A program made the position numbers and the translations under genes. Positions 28,591 through 40,500 of a DNA stretch of 59,392 nt are shown in pieces (the first letter of the stretch is position 1; each line of letters opens with the position of its first letter). The notes under the pieces are model-generated. The model was not told where the DNA came from and did not search any database. It saw nothing but the letters and a program-made list of their open reading frames with translations. Location: assembly GCA_001938485.1 (NCBI GenBank), contig MQRK01181535.1, forward strand, positions 1 to 59,392, given 5' to 3'. Origin of the DNA: Girardia tigrina (lineage: Eukaryota).

Positions 28591-31500
28591 TTATAATACT
28601 TCACAATCATATAAAATTGGCGATATGTTCAACAAGTCTCCGACATCTTTAGGTTTATGTTCTGATCTTGTTTATAATATAATTGTAATTTGTGTAACGC
28701 CACATCTCGTCATCTCTATAAACGGATGAAAGAGCAAGGTCGATTGAATAATGGGAGAAATATTTGAGAACACAATTAAAAGTGTAAAAAGAAATCAAAA
28801 AAATGATTTTCAGATTCTGTGCAACCGATTTAAAAATTATTGCGAGAGAGTAACGTGTGAGGCCTTATTAATAATATCCTTGGATCCGAAAATTAATACT
28901 CAAGTTTCACACTAAATCTTTCTATGAAATATTTTTGAATAAAACCTTATCGAGACAATTGATTTCACAATCACAACTCCTCATCATATATAAGCTTCAA
29001 AAAATGTTAATTTAGTTTGAAGACGGCGGTTAATCCACCGAAATTAATTACTAAAATAAATGTTTAAAAAGGGTGTTCAATATTTTTTAATAAAATGAAA
29101 ATACTATAAAAATTATTTTAAACATAAAGTAATGACTATTAAGAACATTTAGACAAGTCTCATTTGAATTTTTATTACAATCACATTTAGAGTCATTATG
29201 ACTCTCTGAAGATCTTTCATCGTTTAACATCGCTCTAATTGGTTTCTTATTTCTCTTTATTATTTATATTTTCAATCATGATTATTTCAACAATTTTTCA
29301 AAATCTTTTTTTTAATTTTTAATTTTTAAAAATATTAATTAAAAATAATAATTTAAATCACTTCTAAATAAAAACACAAAATTATAAAAATGTTATCAAA
29401 TTATGAAAAATGCATTTAATTCAAATTATATAAAATTTAAATTATAAAAATGTTATCAAATTATGAAAAATGCATTTAATTTAAAATATTAAACTTAATT
29501 TTAATTTTAATAACAACACTCATCCATTAAAAATATATTTCAAGACAATATATTTCGACGGATCTACCGCCATCTTCAAGTCACTAATTAATAATCAATT
29601 CACCTGTATATAAATACAAAAATGATAATTATGTAATCGATTGCATGAAATCATGCTAATCAAAAATTTTCAATAAGCTGGTTGAGACTGCCGATTGAAC
29701 ATTGATTTTAGGGCAACGTGACCTTATTAACAATGCTTTACACGACACTCTCTCCGAATAACTGTCAAAATGCTTACACAGAATTTTGAAATTATCAAAA
29801 TTAATATCACATTTACATTTGTCCTATGTTCTGCAATATTACTCTTACTCTCTTTTCAACCATGTTCTTGAATTCGTTTACAGAGATGACGGGCAGTCTC
29901 TCCAATAAATATGGCATCGCACCCATTACATTAATAATCATATTAATATTATATCACGATCTCATAAAATTCAAAATATGTTCAGTAATAAATCTATTAC
30001 ATCTTTAACACTTTGTTCTGATATTGTTTATTATATTGTTTTTGGATTTCGTTTTATCAATAATTATACAATGATTATTTAAATTATGTTCGAATAGTCA
30101 ATCATTTTAAATTTAATAAAAAAATACCAATTTCCATCTGGGTCGGAGAATGACCATTCTAAGCTTAATATACTTAAATCAACATACAGTATTCAAACAT
30201 TTACACATTCAAACAATTTAAAATATTCCTCACAATGACATTTATTAAATTAATTATCAAACTGATAATATTTATTAAACTGATAATATATAACGGCTCT
30301 TGGCCGTTGCCTTGAACGTTTCTTAAAATTGTAGAAATTTTTAAAAAGTAACTTTGTTGTGAATTCAAAATGGTTATTGAATATCTTTTTTTAACAAATT
30401 AATTAAAAAATCAGTTGATAAGGTATTTTTAAGATAGTTTAAAAAATCAGAGGTTTGTTTCAGCTGATGTTTCTAATCGGATTTTCAAGATTAAAAGAAG
30501 TATATCATGGGAAAGCTAATCAGAAAATAATGGAAGTCCTTATAAAGTATTGTTTTATGGCTGATAAAACAATATGGGCCAAACATAAGAATGAAACTCG
30601 GGGAAACCATGTGCTCGTGAAACCATATCGTCAATCACAACATTTGTAAAAATTAGAAGTCCTAAAAAATCTGGAAGCAAATGACATTATAGAAATATGT
30701 AAATCCCCAAACTGATTTTATTTCAAAGATAGTTTGATATCAACCCATTTCGGCAAGGAGTTTCCTGTACCCCCGTAAGCCTAAAATGAAATAGTTGTGC
30801 AACATTTATTGTAAAAAGTGTTGCCGGCATTCTTGAAGATATCACAACATTTTATTTTAATTTTGTCCAAAAATGTATTTAAATATATATTATGATGTAA
30901 AATTGAGCAATTCATCAAGTATAAATCAAATTTTTATTGTGCGACTAATAATTTATAATTTTATGTCTTCGTAAATTATTACAAGAATATTAATTTCACA
31001 TATAATTTATTATTTCATTTAAGATTTTTTTAACTAATACGTTTTATCAAGAAACCTTAATTGAGGTTGATAGACTTCAATTGTAACAAAATATAATGTA
31101 ACCTCTGTCCATTATTTATTTTGAAAGTTTTTATTCAATATTTTTAGTAAATTAAATTATTCATTTATTCCTTCATTCTTTTAAATAAATTAAAGAAAAT
31201 TAAACAACAATTTAAAACACATTTTGAAGGATAACAATTAATAATATAATGAAAGTAGTTTTAAAAAAATATTATTTGATAAATGATAAAATTTTAATCA
31301 CATTTACAACAAAACATTTAAAATATTATTTGTCATAAAATTAATTTTAAAAAATTATTGAAAAATAAATCAAATTAAAAAAAGTTACAATTACTATTAC
31401 AATATTTAATGAAATTTAAAATTTTATTTTACTAATTATTTTGTTAATACGATTTATTTGTAGAAATAATTATATATTTTTTAAAACCTTGAAAAAATAT

Positions 31501-34500
31501 TTATAAAATTTATTTTTCAGTACATAACAATTGTGTCAGTGATTCTGTTAATTCAAATTATTGTCGTCATCATTTATGGAACCGATAATACAAAAGTTAC
31601 ATTACTTTGACATTTAAAATACATTTTAACATTTTTATTAACTTTTACAGCTAAAAGACGCGATATCAGACATTTTGAGAAGTTTAATTAAAAATTATAT
31701 TGATCTTAAAAGCACAGAACCCGAAAGCTTCTTCCTCAATGCAATTCAGATATCAGTACCCTTTTAAATGTATTGAAATTAATTAGTAATTTTTATTAAA
31801 GTTAGGATGTTGTGGAGCTATAAGTTATGAAGATTACAATTTAACAAAGTCATTCAATAGAACCAATCCATCCGGAGGTACATTTGAAATTTTTAACAAA
31901 ACAATAATTCAAAGTAAAAATGACAAAAAAAACTATTGAAATTCTCGAATAGAATAATCATATTACAAATTATTTTAGGAAAAAAACTTATTTTTGTCAC
32001 AGCTAAAATAATTATATTGATACTCAATAATAGTAATTGTGGGATCCCAGCAAGCTTTTCAATGGACTTTCACCGTTGCCGACACAGTTCACCCACTTCT
32101 CGGAACCGATTTCTTAAGTAGTTACGGTTTTTTGATTGATTGTCAGTCTCATATAATTATTGAAGTTCATTCGTTTACCGAAATTTCGACCGCATCAAGT
32201 TCTTTATCATCAATCATCTTGAGTTGTTCACATATGGCCTAGGTGCGGCCCGTACGGGCAACGGGCCGGGCACGGGCTCGGATTTCATAAAAAATATATA
32301 TTGTATTTTATATAATAAAATTTATATAATATATAAAATCATTATTAAACACAAATAAAGGAAAGATAAGATTAATACAATGAGTTGCACATTTCAGGGG
32401 TAGAACCGAAGGCCTTTTAAAAGAAACTACATTAGTAGCAGCAATCCTATTTTTGGCATTATCGATAATTCACGAAATTACAACAATCTCGTAATTTTGC
32501 GAAAATTCAAAAGCTTGTAAAATAAAATTCGAATCTAATAAGAAAAACAGGTGTATTTGGATTGAAAGATGCTTTTCATAGGAAACAAAATTTTTCCACC
32601 CATAAGTGACCAACAACTCCCCTTTTCCACGTCGGTTTTCAAAAATTCCTCTTTTAAATTTGTGGCAACTTTTCTATTTCACCTCGAACAATATCACGAA
32701 AAATTTTAGGGACGTTTAATCCTTTAACTATGATAGGATTGTCAAAATATTGTAAAGGCAAAACATGTTTGGAATAGCATAAAGTTAAGACAGCTTTGAA
32801 GGCATCTGATAATGAGAAAAACGATTCTTTTTCAATCTTTGAAAAGTTAAAATTTAGAAGCGACCGTTGACTAGATGAACTTCTCATTTTTGTTTAATGG
32901 TAAAAAACACAAGAATTGATAAAAATAAAATATTAATTTTATTATTGTGATATTATTAACGACAATTTAAAAAGTTTGGTTAAAAATAAATAGTAAAAAA
33001 TGAAATAATTGATAAAAATCAAACATTAATTTTATTAGAATTTTAAAATTAACTACTTAGTCAGATATTTAGTATGGCCCATACCCGTACGGGTACATGC
33101 CTCAAAATACAGGCACGGACGGGCAAAATAATACGAGCAACGGGCACGGGCATGGTACGGGCTGCACTCTTGCATATGGCTTTATACAATCTTTCATCAA
33201 AGAGTCAGCTCCAAACTGTTTGTTTTGCGATACGGCTTTCTTTCCAGTTTATCCAATGGTTCCATTCACTGAGCTTTCGCAGCATATTGTTTTTCTTTCT
33301 GTTTTCGAGGTTCAGTAAGTTTTCTCGCAACATCTTCTCATGAAATACCATCTGCTGAACAGTTTTACTTGAAGGAGCTGCTTTAATATTTCAAAATGTC
33401 CGATCAACCATCTATTTTTTAATGGGATGTTCTGCTTCATACACTGAAATTTAATTGCCGCTGAAATTTTTCTTTTCGGTACTCTTTTGAAACTGTTATG
33501 CATCTTAGCGCACTCTTTCATCAGTTGATATTCTCGAGTGATATCAGACCTCCTATCGAGGAATACCAAATTTAACAACCTCAATTCATTGGTATCCCCA
33601 TGTCTTGGACAATTTCAATCCTACATTTTTCTCAAATGATCAGCAATTTATCACATTATTAGTGACACCTTTGGTATGCTGTCACTCTCAAACTAGTTTG
33701 ATATTCTTTTATTCTAAAATTTTTTAAATATTTAGAACAGTCTTTTTTATTTTTCACTTTATTTTAATTTTTTCACAAATTAGCAATTTCTTCTTTCCTC
33801 TTGATCGATTGAATTTTACCACGTTTTTATTAGCTTGCTTTCTTGTCTGTTTGTCTGGAACAAATCTTGCGATTGATTTTTCGACCACTTCCAGTCATCC
33901 AATTGAGCTGAATTTTTTTATACAGGCTTGCTTCCGATGACAATACAATTTGATAAAAAAAATTTTGAAANNNNNNNNNNNNNNNNNNNNNNNNNNNNNN
34001 NNNNNNNNNNNNNNNNNNNNNNNNNNNNNNNNNNNNNNNNNNNNNNNNNNNNNNNNNNNNNNNNNNNNNNNNNNNNNNNNNNNNNNNNNNNNNNNNNNNN
34101 NNNNNNNNNNNNNNNNNNNNNNNNNNNNNNNNNNNNNNNNNNNNNNNNNNNNNNNNNNNNNNNNNNNNNNNNNNNNGTATAAAATTTCTCACATGTCTAG
34201 AAAAAAATTATTTTCCTCTTTTTAGTGCATTGGTAATGCTTGAAAAACGTGGTTGTTTTTATAAAAATTTTTTTTTATTAATAATATTATTTATTTTGAC
34301 AACGTTAATATTTTATTTATTCAATCTCAAAATTTTTAATTTCTTTATTTTTATTTTTTGATTATTTCGCTTTTATTCTTACATTTTTACTATTTGTGTT
34401 AATGATAACTTAATTTTTGTTTTTTCTTTGGTATCACTCAATTTACCATTGTTATTTCACTTTTATTTTAGCAAATTAATCCTTGTTCCCCTTTTTATTC

Positions 34501-37500
34501 TTAATATTCTTTAAGATAAGATTATTTCATCTTCCTGACTTTTGAAATTTTTCATTATTTCACTTTATATTCGTTTTCTATTTCTAATTTATAGAATTTG
34601 ATTATTTTAAGACCAAATTTGTATTCTTCCGAAGTTTGTTCGAAAAACATATCAAAATCCAAACTAAGCTTCTCGTGCTGTTCACCTTCATGCCTCAAAC
34701 TTGATTTGATTTCCTTCTTGTCAATTTGTAAATGTTCAATATGAAGGGGAAATTCTAAAATAATTATTCTTTATTTATGTTATTTGTAGTTCGTCACTGA
34801 TATTTTGATTTTCTACTTCTTTTACTCTTTTGTTATCCGACGTTAACTCTATGCTAACATAACCATATGATTTGCTGTCAATGTGGTTTTCTAGGTCGAT
34901 GCTCGGTCAACACACAATCGCCACTCCATTATTATTATTATTGCTATTATTATTTTTATTAATATTTGTTTAATTTACAATATTAAATTTGTTTAGGTAA
35001 AACTTTGACATTTCCACTATCGTGTTGCAAATTTAAAAATTTCAATCCTGAAATTACTTTGGAGAAATGCGTAGATTTAGATCAATCTAATAAAGCAATT
35101 GGATGTACTGAACCTATCTATAACAACATTAAGACTTATTATGATTTAATAATAAAGATTATTGGAGGAATCATCGGATTTCAAGTATATTTATAGTTTA
35201 ATTAAAATCATATTCTTTGACTCATTCATTTAAATAGCAAATTTAAAAAACACATTGTTCTACATATTTCAATCCTCGTTGATCACCATCAGCAAAATCA
35301 AATTAAAATAAATTTTTATAATATATAATTTTTCTAAACTCTATCTCTCTTAATACCACACAGTTGTCTGCAGTTACTTGAAGATCAATTTTCATTTTTT
35401 TAATATTTCTTTTCATATAATAAGAGCAAGCAAATTTCGACAAAAATTTTTTTCATAGATTGTCATTCATACGAGTTCATTTTGAATTTGATATATTTAA
35501 CCTTTCGATATGAGAGGCAATGGATTCAGTATAAATAATGTTAAAGACAATATACATACGAGGGGTGTCCCAAAAGTTCGCGGACTGATAAGTAACAACA
35601 AATTCAAAAAGTTTATTCCAGTTAACAAAATGGATCAATCCTCATCAGAATCGCTATCGAACTTTTCAATATAATCACCATTCAGTTTCACACACTTTCA
35701 CATCTATCACCAAGAATGACCTCCTCGATAACTTTCACATTTTCTTGACATCCGGACGTTGTTGGTCGCCCACTGTGTTCATCATCCTCAAATGATTGAC
35801 GCCCTACCTGGAATCGTTGTACCCACTTAAAGACGGCCATTTTTCCCATAGTGGCACCACCAAAGACGCGGTGTAAACGGTGCATAATATCTGCAGTGGG
35901 GGTGTCTTCCTTCCAGAGGAAATAGATGATTACTCGTTGGTCGCGTTGCGACTATATTTATCCCTTTAATTGAGCCCAATATTATTAATTAAAAAAATAA
36001 TTAAATTAATAAAAATAAAGTTAAATAAATATTTTAAATAAGTAAATTAAAATAATTATTAAATAACTAAATTAAATAAAAATTAAATAAAAATAAAATT
36101 AAATAATTAAAATAAAATAAATAAGATTCCCCCTCATGTCATCGTACACACACCGTGCGTTACAGTCACGCACTCACGTGACCACGCCATATTCTCTCAG
36201 TCCATGATTTTTTGGGACACCCCTCGTATAATAAAGATAATATTTGAATCCAAACAATTAGTGTCATTTGTTGAACTTCTTAACCCCTTAACGCGTAGGC
36301 CCGAGTAGGACTTGGGTATCGATTACTGGCAAAGTTATGTAAGCCCGAGTCCAGTTCGGGTGCCTAATATGTTTTTGCTGTTCTTCTATGCAACAACGAA
36401 AATAGTTTCTACATACACATACATGTATTGCACACATATCTAATTGTATTAGTACATTAATTATCAGTAATAAAAATAGTAAATCAAAAAATTAAAATTT
36501 ATATATCCATTCTTTATGCAGACAAAACTCTACTTTGCCAACAAAGTTTTTAAAATTTTTAAACTTTAAATTAAAAAAACACATTAAAAATCAATATAAA
36601 CTACTTATAATCAAAATTCGAAAGCCGATTGAAAATATTTATTAATTTCGACGGTTTAACCGTCATCGTCAGAACAAATGATATAAGATCTTTGGATCCT
36701 AAAATTAACGTTCAAACTGCATTCTCTACAACTTTGTTGAGAGTTTTTAAATGATGTACTGATTAAGTATTCATTGCATAATCATTAACTGCACTATATA
36801 AATAAATTTCGTTTGAAATATTATTTGTTCTGACGATGACGGTTAAACCGTCGAAATTAATAAATATTTTTAATTGGCTTTCGAATTTTGATTTTAATAA
36901 TTTGTGAATTTTATTTCAATTTATTCATAAACTACTTATAATTTATAAATAGATATCTTGCAATTAATATAGTTCGGGAACTCCTAATTTTCCGTTTTTT
37001 CTCATTTGGGATCTTAAATAGTTTTTTTTCGATCAAATTTTCACATAATCATTTATTGTCATCGAGAATGAGTAAGTGTGCAAAATTTGAAGAAAATTGA
37101 TTGAGTAAAAGGCCTTCAAAAATAGGTTTCAAAATTCCATGGAAAATGAGTTAATAAAAAGAATGGAAAAATGATTTTTTTGGAACGTTTACGGGAAAAA
37201 ATGCGCGTTAAAGATGCATCATTAGGGAAAAATATCAATAAAAAGTAAAAATAATTTATTGGTAAAAAATTCTAAATTATTTTGAGAAAAGTGAAATAAT
37301 TTGAGAAATGCTATAAATAAAAATCGGAATTAAAATTCCGAACAATGTCTATGTGAGGGATAATTTGGAATGTTGTAAGTTTGTTGTTTGTATGCTGTTT
37401 AGATTTTTGACTCTCCTACTCAGATGGGATTGATATTGTGGCGGTCGAGAAACTAAAATTTGAATTATAAATTTAAGAGGAGAAAACAAAAGAAGGAACA

Positions 37501-40500
37501 CCATCTAAGTGCAACACTATGGCCCGGAACCCATTAAGAAATTTATTGGGAATACTAAACCCATTAAAAATTTTTTTTGTTTCCGAAAATATTAATAAAA
37601 CAACACCGAAAATATTAAAGAGCAGTTAGACAAAATACATTTATTCAAATTCCAAAAAGGAAAAGAGGAGATAATAAAGTTCTGATGGCAGCTTGAGACG
37701 ATCCCAAAGACGGCCGACGAAGTCCGAAGGTTCGAGAAAAGTTCAAACCCTGGAAAAGAAAGAATTAATTGAAAAATAGACCCTAAAAACTAATAAAGTC
37801 ACCTTAAGGCGATCCGTCAACATTATGAGGCCAACAGACCCTCCACTTGTAACCCCGAAGACAAGGAATCCCTGAAGGTCACCCGCAAAATTCTGACACG
37901 TTCCCCTGAAAAGATATACCCCTGTAAAGATATATAAATTAATTAAAAAAGGACAAAGGCCAATTAAGAAAGACAAAGAACAATAAACAAAACTTACCAG
38001 TGAGTCAGGCCCACAAAGAAAAAACATCATCACGCGATGACTAGTTATCGGTGATAAAGCAGGCCTTGTTCATGTGACAAAGCAATCATTGTCGATATTT
38101 GGACATGCTGCACGAAACAAATCACCCCGACAAATTAAAACTCGAAATCATCGGTGCTGGCCAATCAGAAGCGGCCACGATGAAATCGCACCCCGAGAAG
38201 ACCAATAACGCTGTTATAAATATAACAGTCACACTGCCGAGAATCAGAACATTTACATAGCAATTTTGCTCACAAATTTATCAACGAACTATTAGCACTA
38301 TCCTTTGACGACAACGAGTTCCAGAGGCGTACGCGACACAAAGCATAAACAAGCAACGGAAGGAAAAAGCACCGAATACGCACGAGAAGAGGAAACAGAA
38401 CGCGAACCGAGATTGAGCAAGGACAGCGGAATCCACGATTATCCCGCTATAATCACCCGGCAGTTTACGATAACGCTTCATCCGAGTGACGCGCTGACGA
38501 GGAAGAGTACCAAACGACCGAAACATTCGACCGGCTCCCAACTTACGAATTTGATTGTAAATTTTAATTTATTATGTTTGATTGTGGGTCATTAGTTTTT
38601 AATATCGAATAATATTTTTGCAGTTTCACCTTTCGTTTTACTTTATTTCTTTTATTTTTACTTTCGTTGATTATTATAGTTATTTAGAAAATTTATGAAT
38701 AGTAGATACTTATTTTCTGAGTAAGGTAATCCGTTGCCCCGCCGTCGTCGCCTTCGACTATGCCCCTAGAAAATTTGCGTTCTAACGCACGATGGAAAAG
38801 CGTCGGGAATCATACAGACCCGATTATCGTAGAATCATTTCTCCGGGATATTCGTGACAAGTCACTTCTCGAAGACGCAGAGCCGCGAGCTCGCCCGTGT
38901 CGGACGACCGAGTGTTTGAGACAAAATTTTTCCTCCTAAATATAATTTAACTTACGATTTTAGTCACCGTTTTGTTATTATTCTTTCATAAGTAACTAAC
39001 ATAGTGAAGAACGTGATTTTTATTTCATAGCGTTTATTAATTATATTTGATTATTAATTATTAATTATACTTGATTATTAGTTGTAAATTATGATTGATT
39101 ATTAGTTCTTAATTACGCTCAATTACTAGTTATTCATTATGCTGATTAGATTACGGACTTACCGAGCTATGTATTAACAACCTATTTTATAAACGAGATT
39201 AGTGTTTAATTTTGTTAGTTATGAGAAAGATAAAATTAAATCGATTAACAAACTTTGTGGGAAAATACCGAGCGTTTATTACAAATAATTTAAAGAATTA
39301 AATTCCGTAATTTTGTCATCTCTATAAATATTTTATTTTTTTTGGTAATTCTACTTGTTAAGATTATTACTTGTAATCCTAAGAATATAATGACCCGTGC
39401 GGTTGTTCCACGTGAAGCTGAAGCGAATATGATTAAAAAATTTTTTTCTTTTGTGCCCGAAAGCAAAGATGAAATTGGGACATTAAAACAAATCAATTTA
39501 AAGTTGAATGTGTAAATAATTGTAAATAATAAATAAACTTTATCGAAAAAAAAATTTTTATTTAAAAATCATCTGACCAAAGAAACGCGTAATTATTTAT
39601 TTTGATAATTAAAGAAAGAAAAAACGTGAGTTTTACTTTAATCCATATTTATCGTAAGCTTGTCCAGGACTTACTGTTGAATTTCATTGGAAAATAGCAG
39701 TTGTGTTAGGAACATTTGGAGTGTTTAATTTAATTATCGGTATGATTATCCTGACGTTTGTATATAAAAGAAAAATTATAAATAAAATGAGAAATAATGT
39801 TATTATTAAGAGACGTTGCTGCTAATCGTCGATTCTATGATATTAAGGAGTTGTAGTTATTATGTCTCAGTAGAGTTAAGCAATTAACAGAGATTCTCAA
39901 GCATACAGTTGAGTTATAATAAAATGCTTATTCTGCTTTAAGTTGACTAACAACAGTGCCATAAGTCCCGTAGGTCCAATGCGGTACATTGCCACAAGTT
40001 TCTAAAACATAAATACATAACAGTGCAATAAGTTCGCATTCACTCATCACAGTGCAATAAGTCCCACATTACATATCGAACGTAGGCACAAGTCACAATA
40101 AGAGTAACTGATATATCATCCCCGAGCGACGCTGAGTTAGGTGGGGGGCCCTTAGCTCATCCCCCCTTTATCAGAGCCCGATGGCCCTTCAGACTCGGCA
40201 CTGCCAGGCAGATGTCGAGCGAGAAGAGGCGTCCGACCCACAAATGAACTTAGTAATTAAATAAGTATTAAAGCGGTTTGTAAAATAGTATAAGTTGAGA
40301 TTGGGTTGTGGCTGACGCCTAATAGCCACTGGGGGCTCCGAGCACTTAAAACTGTTATGAACAATAGGGTCGTGACAATTTGTTTATTGATTAATTATTT
40401 GAATCTAATGAAATTAATTTAATGATATTAATTTTAAATACTAATTAATTAAAGTTTGATAATTATGAATTTTAATAATATTTTCAGTAAAAGATTTTAA

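Larger units (their letters stand above)
36612..36926 (+). mobile_element. Mini-Penelope insertion with inverted pLTR and TSD
   Basis: Inverted arms 36609-36679 and 36823-36893. The centre encodes IRSLDPKINVQTAFSTTLLRVFK*. TSD ATAAACTACTTATAAT at 36596-36611 and 36927-36942. Confidence 0.88.
36284..37212. mobile_element. piggyBac-like non-autonomous element hosting a mini-PLE; relatives at about 3350-3430, 13715-14740 and 40830-43470
   Basis: TTAA|CCCCTTAACGCG left end and degraded CGCGTTAAAG right end. Shared internal blocks TTACTCATTTTCGATGACAATAAATGATTATGTGAAA and TAGAGTT..ATAAAGAATG.ATAT. Confidence 0.55.

Noticed and set aside
28281-28610. Poly-Ile ORF
   Set aside because: It is a translation of the (AAT)n microsatellite.
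33181-33620. Overlapping short ORFs, possible coding remnant
   Set aside because: No family could be recognised from sequence alone.
39040-40070. Short interspaced repeats resembling a CRISPR array
   Set aside because: Degenerate, irregularly spaced, in a eukaryotic LTR-like context, and no cas genes.
40132-40167. Apparent H-type pseudoknot (G6/C6 crossing a 9-bp stem)
   Set aside because: The 1-nt connecting loop cannot span the helix, so these are at most alternative folds. No HDV-like ribozyme topology could be fitted nearby.
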